A DNA stretch of 64,000 nt from positions 23,932,001-23,996,000 of the forward strand of contig OZ004607.1 in NCBI GenBank assembly GCA_963924565.1, given 5' to 3'. The notes under the pieces were generated by a model. That model had not been told where the DNA came from. It worked only from the letters and a program-made list of their open reading frames with translations, and made no database searches. Positions 24,328 through 38,600 of this stretch are shown here, piece after piece; within the stretch, counting starts at the first letter, position 1; the number at the start of each line of letters is the position of its first letter. A program made the translations under genes and the position numbers. This DNA comes from Ascidiella aspersa (taxonomy: Eukaryota).

Positions 24328-27300
24328 TTACTTCTTCTTTTTCCCTTTGCCCTTTCCTTTGCCGCCTTTCTTCGCCTTCGATTTTAGCGCTTTGCGAACT
24401 TTGTATGCACGGAAAAACGCTTGTACAGTAATGGCAGCCTAAAACAAAAATAAAATATTGAAAAATCAGAATCAAACACACAAGAGATATCAAGTTAATG
24501 TAATTTCTAAGTCCGTTCGCTAATATTAGGCCCAGATGACAACTATACGCATTACAACGAAATGTTATAAAATTATTATCGCATTACTTCGTTGGCTTAT
24601 CCTTAATTGTGAATTTCGACACAATAAGATACTGCGAAAAACTCTAAACTAAAAGTTATGCGGACTAAGCTATCTACAAAACAAAGATCATTTTGTTTTT
24701 TATAAACTCTAAAATTAAAAAAAATCGTATTCAACGATACCGGTTGTAGCATGAGACGTGCTTTTCGAAAGTTTGAGGCGCGTATTACTTACCTTGGCCA
24801 TGAGTGCCAGCTCGAGTTCCCTCGCTTCTTTGGCCTCCTGGGCGATCCTCCTCTCTTCCATAATCTTGTTGTATTCTTCTTCTAACACTTTAAACTTCTC
24901 TTCAAGCTCACTATACACAGTTTAATGTTTTAAAACAGGATTTTGACATAACCGTTAAAGGAATTTAAATTTGTATCGGTTTGGAAATAACGTGAGTAAA
25001 ATCTAAAGTAGTCACGTATAAGTAAAGTCATAGGCCTACTTAAAATACGGAAAAACATAAACCATATTTTCCCGAAAGTATTAGTGTTAGAAAAAGACAT
25101 TTTTGTGTTTAAGGAACCAAATCGAATATTATACTATCGTCATCTTTTTAAACCTGCGTTCACAGGTGCGGCGGCGGTCGATATCGGATATTTAAAATTG
25201 GAAAAAATGCGTGTGCGCAGCCTCTTTTTCGAAATAGCAGTTGTTGCTACTTATTGCAACCTGTCGAAGTCTTTATATACAGATCTTAACAAAGCTGCTA
25301 TGAAAGTTAGAATTTCTATGAAAAACATCTTTCATAATAATCGCACATGTTAGTTTATCCAACATATCTATTATGAAACCGGTAAGACGATTTACTGTCG
25401 TTACACTGTACGAAGGCTCTAGTCTAGTTTATTGCATAGTCGAACTAAAAAACACAATGACGTGGACCAAACTTACTAAACCATGCCCAAATGAATGAAA
25501 CTTTGCCTAATACATCATTTGCATAATTGGGTAAGTGGCGGAGTCGTACCTTAGCTGTTTTTTTTCTTCTGTATAAACAGCGTCGATCTGTTCATATTCG
25601 TCTTGCTTTTCTCCCATATCCTGATCGTACTTAGTAATCCAATTCTCAACCTCTGTTTCAATCTTATACTTGCGCTGCAATATCATATATGCCGGGTTTT
25701 ATTCTTGAAGTCGGTTTAGGGCAGGGTTGGGATGGAGGTTCGATTTTTTGGGGGAATTCTGTTTAGTTTCGGTTTAGCTCCAGTGCGACCAAAGTTGTTT
25801 CAAAATGAGTTACCATTCTCGTTACTTGTTACGCTAAACCTAAATCTATTGTCTAAATTAAAGCATAGAATAATTATAATCACCTACCAATTTCATTCTT
25901 TCAAACAAATTACTCCCGCATTAGTAAACAAATCGACTAAATTAACAAGACTATGAAATATTGGCCAATCCTTGTTAAGTCGAGTTTTCGAATGGTAATT
26001 CAGAACAACACTTAAGTTATTTTGTGCCGCAAGGTTACAAGATGCTTATTTTAACTGTTCCAGTTAGCAACATAGGGCTATGCAATTAAAAATCAATTCG
26101 GCTACAATCTAAACTGGTGACCTTCAAACTGCTTTAAAGTAATTAGCTTCAAACAATCCAGCGTTTGTTGACTTTAATTCGACCTAGAGTAGGCGCGGAT
26201 CTAAGAATTTCGTTGGGGTGGCATGACATTTTTTCAGAGATGACGTCAAGTTGTGTCATAACGTGTCGTCACATAGTTACATCTAAACGTGAAATCATAA
26301 AAAGTTACCTTATGAACACAGTTCGTTTATTTGGTTAAAGTTTTAGATTGGAGAGGTGTTACTTTGGAATACAAAAGTTATAACGATGTAATCGATTAGC
26401 GCAAAGCGCAAAACGCCTTTTCATCGTTTAAGTTGACCAAACTTTTATTTTCGATGTTGTGATAGGACGTACAACACCTTTGGGCTAAAACAATTATATC
26501 AAAATGGGCTAAGACAAACTAGCAACCTAATTAGATTCGCGCCGAGTCCGAAAAAAATCTGCATTTACTTAGTTAAAATAGCCTGAAAATACATTTTTTT
26601 GGGGGTGGGACATTGTCATACATTAACAAAATTTGTACTAAATATTACGCAACCGTGAGAAATTAGAACAACGAATAACTTTAATGAGCAAACTTGAAGT
26701 TGTTTCGCCTTGCTACAGAGTTATTCGGTATTGCGACAGGTTGAGTCTTGATTGAGATTTTTAGTTATGCATAAATAGCTGTAGGCTTAACTTGGTAATT
26801 CATTTCATTTTTTAATTGCATTGATATATGTTTTATTCGCGGCCACAAAAATGTTTAAGTTGTAAACCATACACTATTTTTGATAAAAAAAGGTGGAAAG
26901 TGTCTGACCAGTGACAATCAAGTAACCCCTTCACAATTCGACCAATAATGTAAAACAAACGTGAGCGAAATTTATTGGGGTATACCAGAATTTCTCTTTT
27001 GCTTGCAAGTTTTTGTTCTATGGGCCTTTATATTTTGTTTTACTGCTGTCTTACTATTGCAATCCCTTACCTTCCTGAGTGCTTGTTCTACCTCCCTGTT
27101 TTCCTGTAGCATTCGACTCATCTGATCCTGAAGTTGTTCCATCTCAGTGGTAAGCTTTCCAATCTTACCTTCGCTACTGCGAGAATCAGCGGCCTATGAA
27201 AATAAATTTAAAAATGTCAATTCAAGTATGTAGTAATCGCCAAACACGTCAAACATTACCTGTTGTTTGTCGGCTTCTGTTTTTGTTCTTCTCACATGCT

Positions 27301-30300
27301 CTTCAGAAAATTGTTCAATTTGATGCAGATCGTTTTTTAACCTTCGAATTGACTCGTTTCGTTTGCTCAGTTCTTGTTCTTTATCCTAGATTACAAATTT
27401 CAAGTTAAAATAAACAACTGTGTAAAAAAAGAGATTAATCTTAAATTTTGAAGATAGGTTTCTGTGAGCTTGTACTGTTAAAAAATATTTTAACTTTATA
27501 TATTCAAGATAATTTAAAGAAAAATATGAACAGTGACATAAAATTACTACAGATTTACATCTTACATCAATTGCAACATCCAGCTGTGTTTGTAGCTTGT
27601 CAATGACGGTTGTATTGCTCTTCTCTCGTTCTGAAACCTGCAGCAAATACTTGGTGCGGTCAGTTTCTTCCACAGGAGTTGTGAGAAGCCTTTCAAACAT
27701 GATTGCACGAAGCTCTAATTTTTTTTTTGAAATGAAACACAAAGGATTAAACTTAAGTGTTATGTAAAGCTGACAAAATAAAAAGAATAAAATTAGGAAG
27801 TTTATGAAGCTGTTTTTTAATTGTATTCTCACTCACCCATCAAACTTTTGATTAACTGTGATGTTTCTTTAAGTGCTTTGGCTCCACTGGTTGCTTGGAG
27901 TGAATATTCACCACGAATAGCAGTACAGACTGTCTGATTATTGGCAAACAATCGCAGGATGTTCTTCAAAGATTCACAAACCTGACTTTGAAGTAATACT
28001 GATTTGTCTTGATTATGCAAAGCATCCTCCAATGAATGACAAAGTGACCTTTACCAAAGCAATCCTGATTTGATTTACGGGATTAAAGCTAAATATGCAA
28101 ATGCTTATAACACAAAAATGGGAATTTATAAATGTTAACGCAGATAGTGTTATTTATCAACTAATATTATGTTGTATACTGAAACTAGAGCATTCATAAA
28201 TTGCAATAAAAGCTAGACATTGGCATTTATGTCAGTTAAGACCTTGTTGTATGCCAATAATCTTTGTGTTTAACATTGATTTGTTATATCAAGTTGTTGT
28301 AAATCAATTAATATTAATTACAATACAGTTGATCAGTACATTTTTATTAGTATAAGGTGTTACCTGTGTGACTTTATTGCAGTTAATAACTCAACACCCA
28401 GAGCCAAGCTATATTTATCCAGTAATGTGTCATTTGGCAGAAGGATGTAATATATAGCTGCTGTAAGTTCATGTCTTCTTATGCACTCATCTAAACACTC
28501 AATAATACGTTGTGTTTCAACTGTTGCAAGCTTCTTTCTTGTTGGTTCTAAGATTCGTAAGGCCGCTGAAACACCCTTTAAATATGTATATGTGTATACT
28601 TTTAAAGTAAAAGCAACCTATAAGTATACCATAATAAGCTTTTAAGGTTGGAGTTAATTCCATTCAAAATTGTTATAGAAAAAAGTCCTAATCTGAAAAG
28701 AGTAGTTTTTTTTATGATAGAAACAAATTTAATACCAGGCAAGGTAAGTTATAGTCTCATCGTATTGCCCCGAGCAGGCAACCAATATAATTTTCCTTCA
28801 GAAAAATGTATGGAGAAATACGATGCAGCAGGCAATATTGCTCTCATTGTTATTCAACCAGCTTCTACTAAACCTGTGTGCTTAAGTAGCTACTGCTTAG
28901 TTTTTTTTCATTTAAAATTCTTTAAGAAAAAATAAAATAATTTAAAATATTGCAGAATCCATTTCACCTGGGTACAACTTGAGATGAGATAAACAGTTTA
29001 TTATGTTACATTAAGATAAATTTAGACTTATAGATGAGAAACTAAATAGTATATATAATATGATTTTTAATGTCTGCCTCATTTAAAACATATAACAAAT
29101 GACTGTATTTATGAAAGAGGATATTTGGGTCACAAAGTTTGAAATTTGAAGTCCGGTATATGGCTAGAGAATTAGTTTGCAACTTAGAAGTATGATACTA
29201 CTTCATGCCTGAAATCAAAAATGTATCGTTATAAAGATGAACCTATTAACAACATTCTAGTTTGGAAATCAAAGTCACCGTTTTGTTATGCTTGCGCTTA
29301 GTACTTATACTTTTAGATACCCCCGACTTACATAAAATCCTAACTTTACACATTTCTGAGCTAAACGCATTGCCCAATAATCACAAAAATGACAAACTGG
29401 GAGGATAAATATAATAATACTTTACCGAAACCCAAATATTGCGTGATTATTTAATATTTATTTAAACGCTTGGGGAAAGAGCCCAAACTCGGGTGGGCAT
29501 AAAATAATTTTTTACAAAGGGTTTAGAGAATTGTTATGTTACACATTGATGTATTTTGGCCCAATGCGTTCAACTAAGTGGTAAATCAACACATGTCATT
29601 TGGGTTAGGGTGTGGATTAGGGCTCGGGTGGTCAAGTATTTTTAGGCTAAATTTAATTTCCCAGTTTAGTATTTTTTTCATAATATGACTACCTCTAAAA
29701 ATAAAACAAGAAAAAGGCAAAACTGAGAAAATTAAATTTAATAATATTAAGGATGGTATTGTCCAAACTCAAACGTTTGCACTATTTGTTTCAACGTATT
29801 TTCCACCTACTAAACTTCGAATATCTATGAAGCGAACTTAATTGGGACCTTCAACAGCCCAGTCTATAAAGTATAGCAGAATTTGATGAGATTTTACAGG
29901 TGCATAGCCAAAAAATCGGGGTTACCAGGTCCAACTACGGTTAAAAATGCATCCCACTACCATGACATATTGGGAAATCGGGTGCATATTTATCTTTTTG
30001 TGGTGCAGGTTTAGTCTGTTGAAAAAGTTGAGTCTGTTTGAAATAATGATGGATGCTTAATTGCCATGCTTTCCATAGAGGTCAACGACTTTGGCAATAA
30101 ACTTTATTGTAATTTTGCAAATCGTAGACACTGGACAGTAGTGTGAATTTTAAGGTCCAATACCAGTTTCCTGGTCAAATAGCCTATATATAGCTTCCTT
30201 TATATATTGACTAAAATATAAACCTAAAAATTATCAGTTATTTTTCTAATTGATTAAAACTTAGCACCTATGTTAAAACTGTTTTTAACGGTTTAATGAC

Positions 30301-30473
30301 AACAAACTTTAGGAATCTACAGTCATTTTGTGAACAATTTTAAAACATTAATGAGTTATCACCTGTTGACTGTTGGCACTTTCACTCCTTCCCGACGACT
30401 TTCCCTTCTTATACCCAAATGGAGATATGCTTTCAGACAATACATCCAGTTTTGGATTTAATACATCAGTCAT
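24328..30473 (-). CDS. IQCD: Dynein regulatory complex subunit 10 (IQCD), multi-exon
   Basis: Exons encode [86 protein letters not shown], and a C-terminal IQ motif [16 protein letters not shown] plus Lys/Gly tail [14 protein letters not shown]. Confidence 0.9.
26192..26543. mobile_element. Short TIR element (MITE)
   Basis: Ends GGCGCGGATCTA / TAGATTCGCGCC. Related ends occur at ~21680 and, inverted, at ~51160-51218. Confidence 0.5.
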
Positions 30474-30775
30474 ATCTGACCGTTAGTTAATGGGATGTGA
30501 ATAAGGTTACAGTCAGTGAACAACTTTCCTGCTAGTAAAGCCGATAAGCAAATTTCACCAAATCAAAACATTTACAAAATATCCAAAATACTAAGGTAAA
30601 ACACCAGGGTAACAAATAAAATAATGAACAAAAACATTGTTTTTTTAGTAAAATACATTTTGTTCCTTAACTATTTAAAAAAAGTATACTTAAAACGAAA
30701 TTAAAATTAAATTTATAAAGTATTGTATTTCTGCCCAACAAACATTCTGTAGGTCCTGATTTAGTAAAATAACTT

Positions 30776-30789
30776 GTTTCCTTGGAAAC
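30776..30789. promoter_or_regulatory. RFX X-box upstream of IQCD/DRC10
   Basis: Near-perfect palindrome GTTTCCTTGGAAAC matching GTTNCC-NN-GGNAAC, ~300 bp upstream of the ATG of a motile-cilia gene. Confidence 0.65.
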
Positions 30790-31283
30790 GTGTGGTGTGG
30801 CAGCGACACCTAGCAGAATTACTAACATTTCAATAGTTGTAGAAAATCAACAGAAAGTGTTTCCAAGTCGTAACCAGGCTGGCAGAATCTTGCCAGCCTT
30901 CTGGTGACAAGCATTTTTGGCGAAAATTCTCGGTTTTTGGTCGCGCCCCTAAGCTTAAATGATGTGTTCGCCTAGAAGTAATGTTTGAACCTTGCCAAGT
31001 TTGGGCGATTAACAAGGCTATTGATAAGTACATTAGACAACAAAACGTATCGCCGAAGGCGCAAAAATTTTTGTGATTTCAAGTCATTAACAAATACATA
31101 AGGGACATGTGAAGGTACAACCTCGGGCCTGGGGGTGTACGTACATGTCTGCTTTTCTTGCTTTAAAAGTGTTACATAGATAGCTGTTTTCAGACAAACT
31201 TGTGTGAAAACGTGCTGCTCAAAACCAGATTGAAAAGCACGAAAAAATATTCTTTGGATAAATTTCCAATTTATATTGCTCGA

Positions 31284-31507
31284 CGTAATAAGAATATCAA
31301 AGCCCATACAGAAGTAGGTATCATTTTGGACGTTTCGAATAACTCTTTATTCATTTTCAACATCTTTATTTCATTTTCATCATTTTCAACATGATGTTGA
31401 AAATGAATAAAGAGTTATTCGAAACGTCCAAAATGATACCTACTTCTGTATGGGCTTTGATATTCTTATTACGTCTTACTACAACCTCCAACCATTATGC
31501 TCCAAAG
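31284..31507. mobile_element. Miniature PLE-derived fold-back insertion carrying two variant hammerheads
   Basis: 12-bp TSD TATATTGCTCGA (31272-31283, 31508-31519); perfect 83-bp inverted arms (31282-31364 / 31393-31475); 32-nt one-sided tail. Confidence 0.85.
31395..31430 (+). ncRNA. Variant minimal hammerhead (U3-A8 core); mirror copy at 31327-31362 on minus
   Basis: TG-TTGAAAA-T-GAATAA-AGAG-TTATTC-GAAAC-GTC-CA: 6-bp stem II, GAAAC/GUC. Core UUGAAAA keeps the 3-8 pair as U-A. Stem I is only 2 bp. Confidence 0.65.
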
Positions 31508-32626
31508 TATATTGCTCGAAATAATGATATTTATAATAAATTTTAATAGAAATTGTCACAGTCACAGTGCAACATGCCCCATAGTATGTATATTACCTTT
31601 GGGATAGATTTGTTGAAAACAAAGACACATAAACCTAGAAAAACCAGGCTAAAGTTCACGCGAAGCGCGAACATTTTTTGGATTTGCGTAATTAAACAAC
31701 CAAAAATATACTTTAGGCCTTAGGTGGAGAAGCATAGCCTGGTACATCCTTAATATGTTGATGCGAACGTTATATATGTACATTCAACAGGAATGGGGAA
31801 TTCAACTCAATATACAGGAATTCAACTCAATATAGAAGTACTTGCCAATGCAAAGTAAAACTGCCAACACGTAATAATTGTATGATCAAAAGTGTGTACA
31901 TTTTAAAATAATAAACAGTCTATATGCCTTACACCAGAGGTTCCCAAAGTGGGCGGTACCGCCCCCTTGTTGGCGTTGGCGAGTTACAGGGGGTCGTTTT
32001 GGGTCTGTTTCTAATTTGGGGGACGCTGAATGCACATAAGGGGGCGTTACATAAAAGTACTTATAGCCTAAATTTTATAAAAAGTTCACGTAACAATAGT
32101 AACAAACAGGACAGGTAACTTTTAACCTTAAATGGCAATTTTCGTACTGCGAACTTGTAGTAGTTTTCCGACTATTGTTACGTAATAATTGACTTTCTTA
32201 TGTAAAGTTATTGGTTGTTGTTGCGTTCACAGTTTTATGTTTTTATAACATGCTTCACACTACCATAACTTTTTCAAAATGACACAGTAACAGAATTTAT
32301 TTCTGCCAATTATAGTGTGTATTGTTATAACTTATTTCCGCTGTTCAAAATAGATGTGATTAAATATGTGTGACAACCACAAGGATTTTTGAAAAAAAAA
32401 GGAAAAAAAAATTTTTTTTCCTTAAATTTTTTTTGCACCAATTTCTTTGGTTTTCTGGCTGATTCTTTGGCCGACATAGTCGCCAAGTCGCCAGAATTCT
32501 GCCATTCTGGTTGTAACTAACTTTGTAAATTACATTACATAAATAATTTTTTATTAAATATACTGTAGGAATATATTTATGTAAAGATTTCTACTTACGT
32601 TGGTTAATACAGCTGTGTCAAACAAA

Positions 32627-35600
32627 ATGGAACAGTCAGAAACTGAAGAGGATTTTTCTAAAACAAGTGTTTTGAACCCTCAGACTGTATCTGCTACGAT
32701 TCATCGTGTACAAACACTAAGTATGCATTAGATCTGTTACATTCTGTTTTTAAACTTTTATCTAAATATACTGCATTTTCAAATTTGGGTCAAATAACAA
32801 CTGATTCATTAAAGTGTTAAACATTCCCATTGCCCATTGTCCAGACACCAGTGTGGAAATCGTGACAAGAGCACCTGTTAGTTTTTTTTAACAGGTTAAA
32901 CCTGCATACCCAAAATTCAAATATGCCACTCAGATTTTTTCAGCTGTGCACCGCAAGATTTCTTTCAAGTCCATGCTGGCCAACATCTTTGGAAAGTATG
33001 GCAGGTACATCAGGCGCGAGTTTTTTTCAACCTTTTAAAAGTGCACCCTGAAAAAATGTGCACTAAACCCCTAATGTGTAAAACGCTTGTGCGGCATACA
33101 TTTTGGTGCATCAGAAAATCAGAAAGTGCACCCGATTTGTCAGCCTTGGACCTGCTATATGTGCCATACTTTCTAGACTGGCTGGCCCATAGGCAACTAG
33201 ATGATATATGTTATGTGTATTAAAATTGTTTATACTTTGTAGTGCTTAATTATAGCTTAGATAGTTGTTGTTTTTTGAAGAACTTCAGGTTCAAGATGAT
33301 TCTGGTCCATTTGAAAAAAGTGTTTCAGAGGATTTTCAAGCAGTTGCACAAGGATTATCCCAACTGGTAGGTTTTTAAGTTCAATGCTGAATGAAAAATA
33401 ATTTGCATTTCATGTTTTTTGTAAATACCAGCCAGTCTTTAATGAAATAAATTACCTGTGCTTATTTATAATTAATTAGGCGAGTTGTTTTGACCAAAAA
33501 GTTCTAAATTTTGACATTATTTGCCCCCAAAATTATTTTTTTGACAAAATTTTGACCTATTAGGAATAAATTGTTTTAAACAACATATTGTTGTATGAAG
33601 TACTACATGACTGTCTTATTGTTGTAAGTTACAGTGGAAGACAAATTGGTTATTTTTTTGGGTATATGCAATTAACTTGAAAACGGTTAGCTGATTTTTT
33701 TCGGCACTTCAAAAATTGTAACTCGAAACTAATTCTAATAAAATTTAAACTGCACGACAGTTTCAAGCATGAAAATCCTCATTTGATTGACTGATTGGGT
33801 TATCTGTTATGGACTAGCGTTGTGACACCTTGAGTCAAAAAATAATTGTCCACATGTTGTTATTTTAAAGAACCATATGTTGTGTATATTAGGATTATTG
33901 ACCAGTTTAATTATATGACCATACTCTAATCATTTAGGAAACTGAATGTAAAAACCTTCATGATCAATTAGAGGTTGAAACAATCAAATCAAGCAAGAAG
34001 CGATATGCATTACAAATTCTACCAGAAAAATACAAGAAAGAAATGGAAGGTAATTTAAACAGTTTGTATTAGCAACAATTAGGATTATGCGTTTAGCTCA
34101 GGGGTTTCCAAACTGGGGGTTGATATGTGTGGATCCATGTACTATTTGTTAAACCAAAATAAGCAAAAATCAAACTTTATAAACTAAAAAAATTAGGAGT
34201 AGAAGGAGCAATCTAACCTTTTGTGTTAATTAAATTTGCTTTAGTAACTGGGTTGTGATTATGACACCTTGACTCTTATTTTCAATCCATTGTCGTAGTA
34301 CAGCTTCAGTCTAAAAAAATAGGAACAGTGGGCATTTGGTTCCTGAAGTCGTTTTGTGAGACTCAATAAAACTTTCTGAACTTGCAACATTTATACAAAA
34401 ATGAATTCTCTGTAACAACAGTTTCCCCACTTTTGACAGAAACGCGAGATAACAAAATACTTTTATTAAATTTCTTCTTTATCGATACCAAAATAATTTT
34501 AGACTTTTTATTGCAAGCCTGAAGTAAATCAATCCCTATTGTTTTGTTCAGGTTAGTTTAATATATTCTTAAACTATAACTTTAGTTGTTGTGATGTATG
34601 GGGGTAACTCCAGACTTTCTAGCCAAATTTTGTCTACAAATGTGAACATTTTGCCAAACGGTATATGATTGTAATCTGGTAATATTTTATGTAATTGGTA
34701 TGTATAATATCATAAAATTGGTGTGTCACACAAGTTTCTCGAACTGGAAAGGGGGCCGACAAGGTTGGTATCCACTATTTTGCCTCAATTAACTGATCCA
34801 ATGTATTTTCTACAAACTGTTGTTTCTGAATTAAGGACATAGCTTGTATGAAATTTTCGGGGTAATGGTATATGTATATAAATAAATAAATATATATTAA
34901 TGTATTAAAATATACATTTTTGCACATGTGGAGACACCATTTCAATATGTCCAACATCAGCGATTTTGTTATGAATAAATACATGAGTAAGTTTACCAAA
35001 AAAGTATTTCCAATAAAGTTATACAGCTGACTGACAGTGTTGTAAATTTGTTTTAACAGACTGTATTCTTTACAATATAATTTACTTTTTTAGTAAAAAT
35101 TTCCTATTCATTTTTAAATCATATGTTTATCTCTGTAGAGTCAGTTATGGCTGCAAGAACATCAAATGAAGCTGACATGAAATTGCTGCAGAAGAGACTT
35201 GATGTAGCTCAAGTTGAAGCAGAAAGACTCACAAACAGTCATGTTGCAATGTCACAGGAAAACAACAAATTAAATCCAGAATGCAGGCAGATCCGAAAGG
35301 AGCATGATATGATTATTGCCCACCTGAACCAAAGAATGTCAGATAAGGCAAAGTGAGTTTTGTGACAAAGTATGTTTTGTGATTAAAAACCACAATTTCT
35401 TTCATTGTTTTAGTCGTGCGGTGAATTTCGTATATTTATAATCATTTACCATCACCGTTGACTATAAGAGATGTTTTAATGGATGTTATGCCTATCGGTA
35501 GTGGTCAGCAAAGTGGTATTTGCGGTTAAAAATACTGTAAAACACCCACTACATGAAACAACCATGACAACAGGGGTGGTTTCAGGATTTTGTTTGAAGG

Positions 35601-38600
35601 GTTCATGAATTTTTTCGTCACCCAATAACATTATACCATGACGTTGTAAAACATGAATCTTAAAAACATTGGTGTTCTCCAGCAAATTTCCAAGCAACTA
35701 TGTAGCATGCGCACTTCGTAAAATGCAAATGTTTGTTGTAAATTGGCAGAAATTCAATGAAAAGGATACGTGACACAAGCACATAAAAATATAAAATAGA
35801 TTCGAATTTTGTTTCATTTTAAGTCGAATTTAACAGAGATTGCGAGTCACACGGAGCAACATGCCACAGATCTTATGCATAAGATCTTTCAGCTGAATAT
35901 TTCACCTTAAAACAAGTAATAGTTTGCGAAAGTGAAAATAAATTGTAATTCCATAGTTAAAGTATAGTTTTCATGGTTGAAAGTATATCTTTGGGGGCAC
36001 AATCCCTGGTGGCCCTGTACTGCATCAATGAGTCATAAAAAACACTAGCCACACCAACTTTCAAAATACAGTTCAATGAATGTACGTCTACCACGCGGCC
36101 CACAACTACAAAATTAAATTGAAATAATGCTAGATAGCTCGCGGTCCACTAAAAAAACGATGAAATGCAAACATTTGCTCGCGGCCCACAGTTTGTCGAC
36201 CACTAACTTAAAACCAGGGCTGCGAAGTCGGACTCGGGGCTTAATGAAGTCGGTTTATTTGAAGTCGGTTTATTAGTCGGACTCTAATAAGACTACATAA
36301 GACTACTCAAGTCCGGCGTGCGCATGGTACAAAATACGAAACAATAAGGCCGCCAACTGTAAATTGTTAAGGTTGAATACCATATGGTTGGATATTTTCC
36401 AATCACTTATTGTGGGTGAATGAGTTATATAACAACCCTATGAGTGGAATAGGCCTACTGTACTTTACATCCACCCGATTTTACTTGCGTGAATGAGCGG
36501 AATACAGGCTGTAGAGTCAGAGCTGGGCTCGAGACCTATTGGAATCTGCAAAATTGACCAGAGTCAGACTCGGAATTCGGGCCCAAGTTTATATTGTCTT
36601 ATATTGTTTGGAAAACAACAACGTTTATATTGTTTGGAAACAACAACATTCTTTATAAACGATAATGGTTCTGCTATGCTTGTCAGCAAACAAATCGTCC
36701 TGAATGAAACACGCGACGCCCTGCGAGATGTGCAGCACCATATTACAGAGATTGATGTTGGCCATGAAAACCTCGCTGAGGATATGGAAGTCGTGAGAGC
36801 GGAAGCTGCAGAAATGAAAGAAACAATGATGAAGGACGTGGTTAGTTGCTGAGTGATTTCTAAAATAACTATGCCCAAGACCCAGAGCTGTAAATTCGTC
36901 AGTGTGGCCCCGGTACAAACTGCAATATGGGGCGCCGATTTTCGTAAACATAATATTCAGAAGGGATAGATCACAGTTGTTGTACATGGATGTGTATGCA
37001 TCTTTCACTGTCATAATAGGCCTACTTAGTTATTTTTCTCATCTTTTGAAAAATTCAGATTTTACAATTGTAATTATAACTTATCGTGAAAAAAGAATGA
37101 TTGTAAGAAAAGTTAATGCTTAATTCAGTATCAACATATAAGTTCCACATGTCCAAAAGTATTTGAAACGGGGTTCTTAGCTGGAGAGAAAAGTAACACG
37201 TTAAATGAAAATTCTGCATAAAAAGATATACATTTGGAACACTATGAAGGCCTTCATATCACTGATGATGGCATTAGAAATTGCCGAAACGTTTGAAAAT
37301 AAAGCATGTCGCTTTTAACGTCTATTTGGGCCGTTATTTTCACCATTAAGATATACATTATTTTGAATAAAACAATAACAAAAATGTTTTCTATAGTTTT
37401 TAACGTACATTTTTTATAATAAAATCTAGCAAAACTCTATCCTCTTGTTGTGAGGCCCGGTGCGATGTACAAGTGTTTTGCTTCGATCCTGCTAAAACCA
37501 TAGTTTTTGTGAAAAATAACGATGATATTTTCTTAATAAATACTGTATTTGGCAATTTAAACTTATATATGAGGTTTGACCCTACATACTTTTCTGACTA
37601 ACGGTACCTTCAAATGTGGATAGTGTGTTTATTCTTCCTTTCCGAACTAAAAATTCTTATAAACATGTGAAAAACAGCTCTGTTCTATAAGATTTATCGA
37701 CAATAAAATACAGAAATATTTTTCCGTAAAAATTTACATTTTAGCACATCGTAAATGCGGCGATAGCTGAGCAGAAGCAAAAAAACGCCGATGAAAAAAG
37801 GTGCGTTTGTATATTTTCAATATTTAATGCAAATAAAATAAGAGCCGCACAATACTACATAAACCTTGTGAATAACCATAGATTTTATAGTGTGGTCATT
37901 TTACTTTCGTGAACCTTTTATCCTGCAGCAATTTACTGGTATTTTTTAGGGCAACAGACAAGATTTTAGAGAAAATAATGGAGGCAGGAGTTAAAATGGA
38001 CGAAAAACAAAAGGTAAGATTTACAAATTGTGAGCCGCATTCGCACCATTACCTGTGTGCTTTGCATAGGAGTTACGTCGGTCCGAAAATTCATTTGCAC
38101 GCCTGGAAATGCAATCACTTCAACTCGCCGACAAAATAAAGAGAGAAAAGATATCTAATCAACAGTTGCACTTCGAAAAGTAGGCAAATAAAAGTATTTT
38201 AAACATTTTTTTGTGCTACTAAAACAATATTATAATTACAAAAATTTGGTTGGCTTAATTCGTAACTTTTCAATAAAGCATTAAAAAATGTTTTTATACC
38301 GAAACATGACATTTATTTATTTACCAATTTAAGGGAAACTTTACTGGCTGCAAAAGGCAAACGACAAGCTGAATACGACGTTAAAATCGAAGAGCTGGAG
38401 AAGAAAATTAGAGCGGTTCGTTTACGTTTTATTTCCCAGTTTTGCAACAGAGTTTGTACGAATTGTAAAGTGCATTTAAAGCTTACAGCGAATGAAACTT
38501 ATTTCAACCTAAAAGGTTAACGAGCAACTACAAGAAGCGCAGAAAGATCATGAAATAGTTTACAACGAAAAGAACGTGGTGCAAGAGAAAAGAGACGAAG

